DNA of 64,000 nt from Haliotis rufescens (Eukaryota), in assembly GCF_023055435.1 (NCBI RefSeq), contig NW_025963835.1:4464001-4528000 (forward strand). The letters run 5' to 3'. A program made the translations under genes and the position numbers. This document shows, one piece after another, positions 12,551 through 24,100 of the stretch; positions within the stretch are counted from its first letter, which is position 1, and every line of letters starts with the position of its first letter. The notes under the pieces were generated by a model that did not search any database, was not told the origin of the DNA, and saw only the letters and a program-made list of their open reading frames with translations.

Positions 12551-13600
12551 CATTCCCCTTGGATTCATGGCATTCCCCTTGGATTCATGGCATTCGCCTT
12601 GGATTAATCGCATTCGCCTTGGATTCATGGCATTCGCCTTGGATTCATGGCATTCCCCTTGGATTCATGGCATTCGCCTTGGATTCATGGCATTCGCCTT
12701 GGATTCATGGTATTCGCCTTGGATAAATGGTATTCACCTTGGATTCATGGCATTCACCTTGGATTCATGGCATTCGCATTGGATTCATGTTATTCGCCTT
12801 GGATTAATGGTATTCACCTTGGATTCATGGCATTCACCTTGGATTCATGGCATTCGACTTGGATTAATCGCATTCACCTTGGATTCATGGCATTCGCCTT
12901 GGATTCATGGCATTCACCTTGGATTCATGGCATTCGCCTTGGATTCATGGTATTAGCCTTGGATTCATGGTATTCGCCTTGGATTCATGGCATTCACCTT
13001 GGATTCATGGCATTCGCCTTGGATAAATGGTATTCACCTTGGATTCATGGCATTCACCTTGGGTTCATGGCATTCGACTTGGATTAATCGCATTCGCCTT
13101 GGATTCATGGCATTCGCCTTGGATAAATGGTATTCACCTTGGATTCATGGCATTCATCTTGGATTCATGGCATTCGACTTGGATTAATCGCATTCGCCTT
13201 GGATTCATGGCATTCGCCTTGGATTCATGGTATTCGCCTTGGATTCATGGCATTCGCCTTGGACTAACGGTATTCATCTTGGATTCATGGCATTCACCTT
13301 GGATTCATGGCATTGGCCTTGGATTAATCGCAATCGCCTTGGATTCATGGCATTTGCCTTGGATTCATGGCATTCGCCTTGGATTCATGTTATTCGCCTT
13401 GGATTAATGGTATTCACCTTGGATTCATGGCATTCACCTTGGATTCATGGCATTCGACTTGGATTAATCGCATTCGTCTTGGATTCATGGCATTCGCCTT
13501 GGATTAATCGCATTCGCCTTGGATTAACCTCATTCGCCTTGGATTAATCGCATTCACTTTGGATTCATGGCATTTGCCTTGGATTATTCGCATTCGACTT
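12551..13600 (+). repeat. 20-bp minisatellite, ~52 units (cattcgccttggattcatgg and variants)
   Basis: Directly visible tandem array. Confidence 0.97.
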
Positions 13601-14321
13601 TTCTCACCCGTTTGATTACCCTGTCCACAACTTATGCTATGAATAAGTAACAATATAGATGATGCCCGCAGATGCCTCTCAATTCTCTATTCTTTATTAA
13701 CCCCTTAAATGTTAAAGTTTATCAGTGGTTTACAATAATCGTAGGGAGTAATTCCATCTCAATGAAGCAAGGGATAAACTGACTGCAAACAGGATTTTGT
13801 CCGTAGATTAGATATATTTTCAGATACAGCTGCAAAACCAGATATTTTTAAAATTAAAACTATAAGCCTGAATATTTTTTAAAGACAAACACATTGCAGC
13901 AATGTACTTTAGTCAACTCCCTCGGGGATATGAGTATATACTAATTCTTGACATAGTAGACATCGTCCTCATGATAGTGATATAAATATAAGGAGAATGA
14001 ACCGCACAATCTTATACTACACTTTTTCTTAACATGTCAGCTCTGTAGAGAATTTAACCAAGGTGACATAGATGCTTCACATTTTGAATACTAAATAATT
14101 TTACAAGCTTAAAGAAAGAAGGGTTGTTCCAAAAATATTGTTTGAATTTTTCCTACATCGGGGTAAAGTGGACACCTAAGTACAAAGTGAAATTCCACTT
14201 CAGTGTCACTGGGGACCCGTGAAGATCCGGGGTAGAATAGGTCTTCAGCAACCTATGCTTGCCGTAAAAGGCGAATGTGCTTGTCGTAAGAGGCGACTAA
14301 CGGGATCGGGTGGTCAGGCTC

Positions 14322-17300
14322 AGTCAATCTTTATTTCAAGTATTTCAAGTACTGAAAACACTATAGGCCTATAGTACATATACACATACAGTAGAAATGG
14401 GTGCAATATAAATTACATATATCGTAACTAAATATCACATCTATAATACAGAGGATCTGATATATATACATTGCAAGATATTTTGTGACTGTTTCATTTT
14501 GAGATGACATGAGGATATAAATGTTTTCTATTCTAGGATTCAGATAATATTATGTATGTATGTATTCTTTTCTGATATTTGCATACAATGGACAGACTAT
14601 CAAAAATGGTATTCACCTTCTATCTCTTGGCAAGTACAATATTTACACAATCTGTTTTCCCTTGATATCGCTGATATGTCTACCTTTTTCTATAAGAAGG
14701 TCATGAGAACTACATCTGAAACGGGATAGTGCTGTTCGGAATTTCTTAACATTTATATCCAAAAGATATTTTTCAGTAAGAATGAATGATTTAAAACAGT
14801 TGTAATGCTTTAACTTATTGTGTAAACATAGTGAAGAGTACAACTTTTGAAAATACATATCTTTTAGCCTTTGTCTTAAATTATATATATAAGAAACGAT
14901 CTGGTACTGGTACATGTTGCTCTCTCCAAATGTTATCATACCCGCAAAACTGGAGTATCTTTTTGACACCCGAGGCCCTGTTATTTTTACCTCTGCTATC
15001 GCAAAGAATCATCGTGTTATAGCAATCTGGTACTTGGCTTTTAAGGAATTCTATCCAATATTTTATAACTTTTATGTAACTAAATTATATACATTGGGTA
15101 TATCCCACATTCCCCGCAAACTATAACATTTGGAGTGTTGGAATTTACTCCTAAAATTCTTTTACACGCAAATAGATGTACCTTCTCTATTGTATCATAG
15201 TTTTCTAGACCCCATACTTCAGCACCATAGAGTAGAATAGGACTGATCTTAGTGTCGAAGATCTCAAAAAATGTTTCATAACTACTATTTCCAAGGGGTT
15301 TTAGGTTTTGTAAAATGCAAATAAAAATCTTTTTGGCTTGCAGTGCGGCTTTGTTGCAATGCAGTGACCAAGTTAGTCGATTTGTAAAATGCACCCACAA
15401 ATATTTTTAACTTCTTACAACCTCAAGTTTTTCACCTTTATAAAACCATTTTTCTCGTTTTGATAATTTCCCTCCATTTTGGAAAACTATAACCTTTGTC
15501 TTAGCGATATTGGCCTTCAATTTCCATTTGTTACAATAGTACTCAAGTTCATTTATTAACTTTTGAAGTCCAGGTACTGTGCTCGAGAATATAACTATAT
15601 CATCAGCAAAAAGGAGTAGAAAAAGTTTAACAGTTTCTGGAGGAAGTTCGATGCCCTCGTTACAATTTTCAGATATTTGTATCGAAAGTTCATTTATGAA
15701 AAACGAAAACAGAAATGGCTTTAGAATACATCCTTGTCTAACCCCAATATTACAATAGAAGGAATCAGATAAGTTGTTATTGTTTCGAACACAAACCTTC
15801 ACATTTATATATGCAATATAGTCATTTACCAGTTTTAGTACTGATACCTTGAGATTTGCAAAGGGACCACGACATATTTCTGTTAATTGAGTCAAACGCT
15901 TTAGCAAAATCAACAAACATAGCATATACTTTTTCTCCTTTTCGTGCTAAATATCTCTGTACAAGTGTCTGCAATACAAATACATTATCAATTGTAGAGT
16001 ATCCATGCCTGAAACCTGTTTGTGCTTCATCTATCTTATTAAAGGAACCGGTCCAAAATACTAAACGTTTGTGTATAATACTGGTAAAAATCTTACTGAC
16101 AACACTCAAAAGAGTTATACCCCTATAGTTGTTGGTGACATTAGTTGATCCCTGATCCCTGTTGTTCAAAGGAATTACAATCCCCAAAGTCCACTGTTCT
16201 GGAAAATTAGTCTTTTCAAGCATAACGTTAAAAGGATTTCAAGGTAGGGGAGGAGAATTTCGGACGAATATTTAAAAAATTCGGGAATCAAATTATCTTC
16301 ACCAGCTGCTTTATTACTTTTTAAGTTTGCAATGCTTTCTGAATTTTCATTTCTTGTTATAGGTGAATCAAGAATATCTGAAGTGAACTGACAAAAAGAG
16401 TTATCAAATGAATTCAATTCGTCGAAATCTTTCCTCGTTCTCTGTAGAAGTTGAAAACAGATCCCTGAAATAGTTAAACCAATCATCAATTGGAATATTG
16501 TTTTGTGTATAACGATTTGTATTTAGCCCTTTAAGAGTGGTCCAAAATTGTTTAGAATCGCGTATACAATGTTCACGTTTTTCCTGCTTCCCTTTAAAAA
16601 AAAAATCTCTTTCTTTTGTCTGCATACACTATTATATTTCAATATAATTATACTCATATAATGAATTATTATCCTTTTTCTCTCCTAAAATTGTTTAAAT
16701 ATTTACATCTTTCTTTTTTAAGTAGCTCACATTCACGGTCAAACCACTGTTGACTAGATGTCACTGTACGTTGTACTGAGTCGGATTTTGTTGAAGATGA
16801 TATTCTTGAACATTTAGAAAATGATAATTCTTCAGTGTATAGTTTTCTTTTAACATGGTACGAGCGTCAGCAGATAATGTGTTAAACAACTTTGGAAAAA
16901 GTTTGATAAATTTATGCAGTATCTTAAATATACATATCATGAATGTTGGTTGGTTGGTTGGTTGGTTTGTTGTTTAACGCCGCACTCAGCAATATTCTAG
17001 CTATATGACGGCGGTCTGTAAATAATCGAGTCTGGAGCAGACAATCCAGTGATTGACAGCATGAGCATCGATCCACGCTATTGGGATCGATGACATGTAT
17101 CAACCAAGTCAGCGAGCCTGACCACCCGATCCCGTTAGTCGCCTTTTACAACAAGCATAGTCGCCTTTTACGGCAAGTATGGGTTGCTGAAGACCAATTC
17201 TACCCCGGAATCTTCACGGGTCCATATCATGAATGGAAGATGTGGGTCAGACTCAGAAGTTGGAAACTTTACGTTTATTGGCAATCAAGGTGCTAGCGTC

Positions 17301-17665
17301 ATCGATTACATAATCTGTTCATCTGGGTTGTTTGACGTATGCTGTAATTTCAACCTTGTATCACGCACGGAATCCTGTCACCTTCCTGTCATGGCTAGCA
17401 TACATACTTCTGTGTAGATTTCACCCGTGCAAGCTCATGGTGATAAGAAGGTTTCCAAATTCGTTTGGGTCAATGATAAAGCTGACCAATTTATGTACAA
17501 CTTGTTGAGCAGTGAATGCTACTCTTTATTAGAAAAGGCTGTTGACGAAGTGCTATACAATATAGACGAAAGTGTTAGATACATGTATATGTCAGAGGCC
17601 TTGTGCACGGCAGCAAATGACAGGAAAAGAGCGTACTTTTAACACATCTAGTCAACAGTTGTTTG
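14322..17665 (-). mobile_element. Degenerate RTE-X-like LINE with 5' inversion (RT and 3' end on minus, 14322-~16766; endonuclease end on plus, ~16775-17665)
   Basis: RT motifs QTGFRHGYSTIDN, FVDFAKAFDS, GVRQGC, LLFADD; C-terminal LSRFRCSSHDLLIEKGRH followed by a Cys/His motif; AATAAA at the 3' end. Plus-strand NGRCGSDSEVGNFTF...SVIDYII...SCHLP is the end of an APE endonuclease. Multiple frameshifts. The clade call is from motif recall. Confidence 0.85.
16946..17222 (-). mobile_element. SINE family B inserted inside the LINE
   Basis: Full length; 13-bp TSD catatcatgaatg. Confidence 0.9.
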
Positions 17666-18525
17666 ACTAGATGTGTTGATGCATGTCATCGATCCCAATA
17701 GCGTGGATTGATGCTCATGATATCAATCACTGGAATGTCTGGTCCAGACTCGATTATTCACAGACCGCCGTCATATAGCTGGGATATTGCTGAGTCCGGC
17801 GTTAAACAACAAACCAACCAACCAATGTCACTGGGACAAGTTATGCATATTACCCTAGAACATTAATACGCTGGTAGTTTCCAGTTTCAAGGCCATATTG
17901 CTTGAAGAAAATGCTTTTTGTATACTGAAGGGATAGATGTCTGATATAATATTGAAAACTATAAATATCAACCACTACTTCATATAACCTTATACATTTT
18001 GAAGGACTTGTCAATTGACTTCGAATAAACTGAAGGCATGATGTATAATTCTTTGTTTAATTAAGGTTTCCGTGAATGCCTTAAACATATCATATACAGT
18101 TAAACCTATTTAATACAATCAGTATTGACATTGTTGAAGAGTAATGTCCTTTGTATATATCTTAGAACGGCAAAACTACAGGATTTGTTTCAACAGGGTT
18201 TCACTGTATTTTCGATTTAAAGCATTAGACATTAAAAACCCACCTTTTCTAAACATGATTCAATGATCCACACGGCTCTGCTTAAACTACGTAAGGCTGA
18301 AGTGTGTTTAGCAAGGCTGTAAACGATACAAGGGGTCAGATACTAATTGCTAGGCAATCAACAAGCTATTTAGATTTGAAAAAAACCCTCCGATTTGTAA
18401 TACTGACTTATTTAACATGTCATGACTTTGCCACAGTTGATGCATATGTTGTACATGTGTAACCGCAGTTTGAAAACACACCTTCACTATGTACATGTGT
18501 AAACATATTCGGCTTTCTTAATAAA

Positions 18526-18678
18526 GGGGGCGGTGGGGTAGCCTAGTGGTTAAAGCGTTTGCTCGTCACGCTGAAGACCCGGGTTTGAATCCGGTAATTG
18601 GCAATGGTGTCCCCCGCCGCGATATTGCTGGAATATTGCTAAAAGCGGCGTAACACCATACTCACTCACCCACTCACT
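18526..18678 (+). mobile_element. SINE family A
   Basis: Same head and tail as the 9228 copy, with an internal deletion. Confidence 0.8.
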
Positions 18679-19109
18679 TAATACAGCCGATAATAAAATC
18701 TTCTAAAAACAATAATGAGAAAAGCGTATGCACTTCCGGTTTAGTGATATCGCCTCCGATTTGGAAAACACATGTCTAATGGAAGACAACTTTAAAACAG
18801 AAGTTTAGGCCTCAGTCTACCTTAAAAAGGTAGTTATATGAACTTCCGGTTGATTAATATAACTTCAATTTGGGAGAACATTGATTTAACACAGAAAGTC
18901 ACATGCCTCTACGTGCATTAACAAGAAAGTTGAATATCAGATGCGTGATTATTTCCAGCTGAAACATTGGTGCTGGCTCTGACAAAATTCCCATTCAAAC
19001 ACAAACATACCGTACACAAACAAGCAGATTAACCTTAGAAATTACCATTCCAGTGACCTTGACCTTTCATGGAGATCACTCAAAAAATTACCAATTCAAT
19101 GCACCACGC

Positions 19110-19390
19110 GGGGGAACGGGTGGCCCAGTCGTCGAGGTCGCCGCGAATCGCTGTGCAGAGTTGCGTCCCTTGGGTACGCCAGAAACCTAAGATTGTGGGT
19201 TCGAATCTCGGTTCGCCCCGATTATATTTCTAGGTTTGTCAGCACCATACCCGTGCTCGTGGGTTTCACCGAAGTGGTAAACGTCTGACACCTGCATCAC
19301 TTCGGGCTTTCCTCCCACATTAAGCTGACACGCCGCGATCTACCTGGAATACTGTTAAAAGCAGCGTTAAACTAAACTCACTCACTCACT
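19110..19390 (+). mobile_element. SINE family C
   Basis: Full length; TSD caatgcaccacgc. Confidence 0.9.
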
Positions 19391-20177
19391 CAATGCACCA
19401 CGCTGACGACTATATGCACCATCCTGCTACAGTGAACACTTCTTGTGTTTTAATGAAGATAATAATGTTTTAGTGTGTGAACCTGAGCGTAAACCAAATT
19501 GGATGTCTCTGGGAAGATTTCACAATGAAACTATAGCATATGTCTCATTGAAAGTAGGTAAGTTTGAGCTGATACCATAAGATTGTCATCTCTTGTATCT
19601 CAAGTATGCAAACTATGTAGCCACTAGAATCTATACTGCTTAGCACTTGACAGAATATGTAGAAAAAGGCATTTTAGTGAAAATGGCAAACATACCTTAA
19701 AATGACCTTCATTTGACCGTGATCTTACACATAGGTCAACTCACGACTGAATCTGAGCCCCACTCCCTCTAAGGATGACAGGTACTTTTCTGTAATTGAC
19801 CTACTCTAAATGCTTCTTGAGATATACTTTTTCTACAGGATAAAACCTGAAGGATGACCTTGATTTTCTACAGGAATGGTCAATGTGTCAAACGTATTCC
19901 CCAGGGATATAAAGGACTTACACATGATACGATATCACATGACCACGCGCCACATGGTGTCAAAAACATATTAAGACAAAACCTCAAAGCCTCCCCATTA
20001 AAATGGAGCTACATTTGATTAAGTGGCAAAATCATATAACTTTGCGTTTTGACAAAACGTTAAAGTATACCATTAACATGGTTCTGGTTAACTGGCAGTT
20101 ACTGAATACAACGACATGTAACTTTCAGATATTGAAAGATTTAAGTTATGATATTATTTAATTGTCATATTCAAAAG

Positions 20178-20346
20178 TGAGTGAGTGAGTGAGTATGGTT
20201 TTACGCCGCTTTTAGCAATTTTCCAGCAATATCACGGCGGGGGACACCAGAAATGGGCTTCACACATTGTACCCATGTCGGGAATCGAACCCGGGTCTTT
20301 GGCGTGACGAGCGAACGCTTTAACCACTAGGCTACCCGACCGCCCC
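20178..20346 (-). mobile_element. SINE family A
   Basis: Full length; 12-bp TSD catattcaaaag. Confidence 0.9.
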
Positions 20347-20431
20347 CATATTCAAAAGAGGGGTCGCTCGACAACATAAAGGTTGCATGACATGTAAAAC
20401 CAAACTCTCGCACAAAATAATTTGCAGAACT

Positions 20432-20523
20432 AACAAGATACACGTTCGGGAAGGTCATCAAATCCATAATCCCTTAACTCAACTTAAAACCAACACGGAT
20501 CAAACAAGACAGTATTGATTAAA
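20432..20523 (+). promoter_or_regulatory. Conserved non-coding block upstream of every GRL copy (also ~28290-28370, ~36350-36430, ~52291-52375, ~60725-60823)
   Basis: AACAAGAT(A/T)CACG ... ACCA(A/G)CACG..(C/T)AAACAA.ACAGTA(T/G)TGATT is present 0.7-1.0 kb 5' of all five starts. A regulatory role is inferred, not shown. Confidence 0.5.
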
Positions 20524-21196
20524 GGTGGGCGTGGACGATGATAACCCGTAATGAATATGATAAGCCATAATGCGTCATTTAATTATCTATTTAGTTTGTT
20601 TGTTAATTAACACTGACAATGTTTGAAAGTGGTCTCAAGAGTCATTACAAGTTATCAAAGTATTTAGTCTTATGTTGACATTGCTTTTATGGCATACAAT
20701 TATACAGGCTGACCAAGTTCCCACTACGCACCTGCAAAACCCTTATTGTGACACACATTAACAGGGAATGAGTTTAGTAGTGCAGTGTTAGCTTCTTTGA
20801 GTGGCATTTAGAGTGGAACCGTGCAGTGTTAGCGTAAGGGAATGGAAGGGATAAGCTTGGGTGATGGAGCATATCAGCGACTGTGATCGGCAAGACAAGA
20901 AGAGTGGTTGCCATTTTGGAAATACGACAGGAGACGTTTATTCTGTGCTCAGAGAGATGAACAAAAAAGTAATTTGGACTGATGTTGTTTTCACCAAACT
21001 GTCTGAAAAACAGAAAGGGAACATACTGTACTTGATGAATCTGATGTCAAAGCATTCTCAAAGGTACAATTTGTAAAGCATAGTCTCAAGGTCTCCTCCG
21101 AGTTAAAGTACTGGAATATTACAATACGTAGTCTCAAATCAGTCAAATATTTGGAAGCAATAGTATTTTAAACCAGTCAAATAATTGTCAGCCAAA

Positions 21197-24100
21197 ATGT
21201 TTGCAAAAGTAAAGCCGTTTACCGATGAGATACCAACTCAACGTGAAGATAAGCTTTCCACCGTGTCGGCTTCAATCTTTAAATATTTGCGTATCATTTC
21301 TTGTCTCGGAGGAATCTATCGTCGTGTGAGCCCTGGAGAGAAAATGGCAAAGTGGGACAGACTAAAACTTGTGTATGTCATATTTGTTCAAATACTTTTA
21401 ATGACAAGCGTTGTCTTCTTCTTCATTGCTACCTACAACTTTGCAACTGACTCTAAACCTGTTGCACGTCTACTGGCGTTCTGTACTGTCATGTTAATAG
21501 ATTTGTACTTGTCATTTATCTACAGTATCTTTCTGTCAAAAGCATTCCAACTGTTGCATGTTCGTTTTTGCAAGTATGAGGAACGGTACGGATTCAGCGA
21601 TGAATTCAAGAAGTTGGTGAAGAAGTTGAGAGCAATCCTTATTATCGGCCTTTTATTCACGACAGTATTTGGTCCGCTAGAATACTTCATCGTGCAAAGT
21701 TATGCTGTAGTTATGGAAGACTATCCTGTAGTTATGGACGATATATACCCTACCATTTCTTTAATGGAACCTTGGAAATCAGTTGGCCTAGTTATTACGT
21801 CCATTGGATACATATTGGTAACAATTCAGTGGCTAACTAGTTTTGTTGCTATACCATTTCTTTCGCTGTTTTTGTGGCAAGAATTTAACCGTGTTGAAAC
21901 ACAATTCCAGGAACTTGCAAACAGTCAGTGTGAAGACACTGAAGCCAGGTTCAACACCTTGGTAATTCATCATGGCCATGTAACTGAAGTACTTGAGGAT
22001 ATCAACAACTATGTGCAACACTTTATTTTCACTTGTGTATTCATGACTTTGCCGTTGGCTTGTGCCATAATATATTCCATTTTATACAAGTCAGTCAATT
22101 CTGGAGAAGTGATAGTTTACAGCACAGGTTGTGTGTGGGTCCTTCTTTGTGTAGGCTTGAGACTGCTCGTTGATGCACTGGTCAGTTCAAAGGTAAGAAT
22201 TTTACTTTTTATGTCTAAAGATATAGAAGATGATTAGGATAACTTGGATAATTGTTTCATTACGTACCAGCTTAATGTGAGAGAAAAACTTAAGCATGAA
22301 GTAACATTTTTGACGAAATCCATGAGTATTGGTATGGTTTGGTATGGTACAGTAAAAGTCAATATTACTATGAAATCCTGGACTGGAACCCTCAATCTGA
22401 GGATCCTGGTAGGTGTAATGGGTGCAACTCAATAATATACTTGCAATTGGAAGGTGGTAGATGTACAGAATATCGTTACGGTTCTTGTTGCAGGCTCACG
22501 GGACTCTACAGTACGTATGGAGGCTTGATAAAGAACGTTTCTCTGGCATAGGGCTACAGAAGGTATCTGTAAAACTACTTTTACACTCATTCATTAAATG
22601 AGTTAAATGTTCATCTCCCCTGATGAATGTTTAATTCCAAGTGGCTTATGTGATGACCAATGTGTATCCGTCGTCCATCCGTCGTGTACATGTCAATATG
22701 TGTTTTTTCTTATGCCCTTATCATGGTTAAGAAAAACAAAAAGTAAGAAAAACTAAAAGTGATGCATGTTCCGACTAATGTTGGCTCCAATATTTGGAAA
22801 ATTTGTTTCCCCTACTCAGTAAAGGACAATATGATAATGAATCATCAGTTTTGAAGATTGTGAAAGGTCAATGTAATCATAAAAATAATTGTGAAAAAAC
22901 AGTTTGAATGTATTCCACATGGTCTATAACCAAGAGATGTACTAACATAAACCTTTAACTTTGGGTCAAAGTCTCAGCGTGGTTTCTTTGGCATATGAGG
23001 AAAGATACAACAAACACATAATTAGGTTCCCCCAATTTTTTTAAACGTAAACATGGACAATGTGTCACTGAAGATCAGATTGTTACATTGTGTGAACTGA
23101 CAGTTTGTTGCCAATGCTATCAAAATATAAAGTGACCATTATATAATATCTTGTTGGAAATTCTCCTTACCTGCTTACCATAATAGGAGACCCGTGAAGA
23201 TTCCGGGGTAGAATAGGTCTTCACCAACCCATGCTTGCCCATGCTTGCCGTACAAGGTGACTATGCTTGTCGTGAAAGGCGACTAACGGGATCGGGTGGT
23301 CAGGCTCGCTGACTTGGTTGATACATGTCATCGATCCCAATTGTATGGTGATATCAATCACTGGATTGTCTGGTCCAGACTCGATTATTTACAGACCGCC
23401 GTCATATAGCTGGAATATTGCTGAGTGTGGCGTTAACCAACAAACCAACCAACCAACCAACCAAAATAGGAAGTGACATAATCAGATAGGGAGTACATAT
23501 TACTTTCTTGGCAGATATAAGCGTGAGGCATACAGGTGTTAAGTTCTCATTGGCATGTGCTTCCAAAGCTTGAGTAATGACAGTAGTTACTTGAAGTGTT
23601 TGTATTTCATGTACAATATTTGTTAATGCGACTCAAGGTAGTTCATCTCCATCTGTATAATTAGGCACATGGAAATTTCGAGTAAGAATAAACCTATTTG
23701 GTAAGATATTTTACATGTATCAATGTGTTCTTATCTGTTTTCCTATGGAAATTTGATTACATGAAACTAGTGCAAACATATCTTTATAACAGACAGAAAA
23801 TAATTGCCAATTAACAGGTCGCGTCATTGCTGGATATGACGTCGACACGAAAATAAGACAATCTGGACCACACAATCTAGTGATCGATATTGTGAGCAAC
23901 AAGTCACCGAGCCCGATCACATGCTCCTTCTGGTCGCCTCTTACGACCAGCATAGGTTGCTGCGGACCCATTGTAACCCGAAGATACAGAGCATATTAAA
24001 TGGTGATGAACAAATACAATGTTTTTGATAGTTTAACTCTCGCGCTCGGTTTATCGTCACTCGGCAGACATAGGGTATTTATCTCACTTATAGATGAGGC

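Larger units (their letters stand above)
14214..17825 (+). mobile_element. SINE family B split by a LINE (5' part 14214-14321, 3' part ~17674-17825)
   Basis: The two halves concatenate to the family consensus; TSD tgtcactggg on both outer flanks. Confidence 0.85.

Noticed and set aside
12567-13547. Five overlapping ORFs with DSWHSPWIHG repeats; CRISPR-like appearance
   Set aside because: Translation artefacts of a 20-bp minisatellite; no unique spacers, no cas genes, eukaryotic context.
21186-21192. tgtcag acceptor just before the ATG, implying a 5' UTR intron
   Set aside because: Present in copies 1-3 but there is no equivalent AG in copy 5; cannot be supported without transcripts.
21185-21196. 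TTG starts given by the ORF track for copies 1, 4 and 5
   Set aside because: The aligned ATG (MF.KVK) at 21197, 29106, 53322 and 61689 is the shared start.
21197-22192. Rhodopsin-class GPCR identity for the 7TM proteins
   Set aside because: No DRY or NPxxY motifs; TY-x5-QF and the intron pattern point to GR/GRL.
22193-22237. C-terminal VRILLFMSKDIEDD* of the long ORFs, suggesting single-exon genes
   Set aside because: Read-through into intron 1 past a consensus AAG|gtaag donor; the conserved downstream exons supply the real C-terminus.
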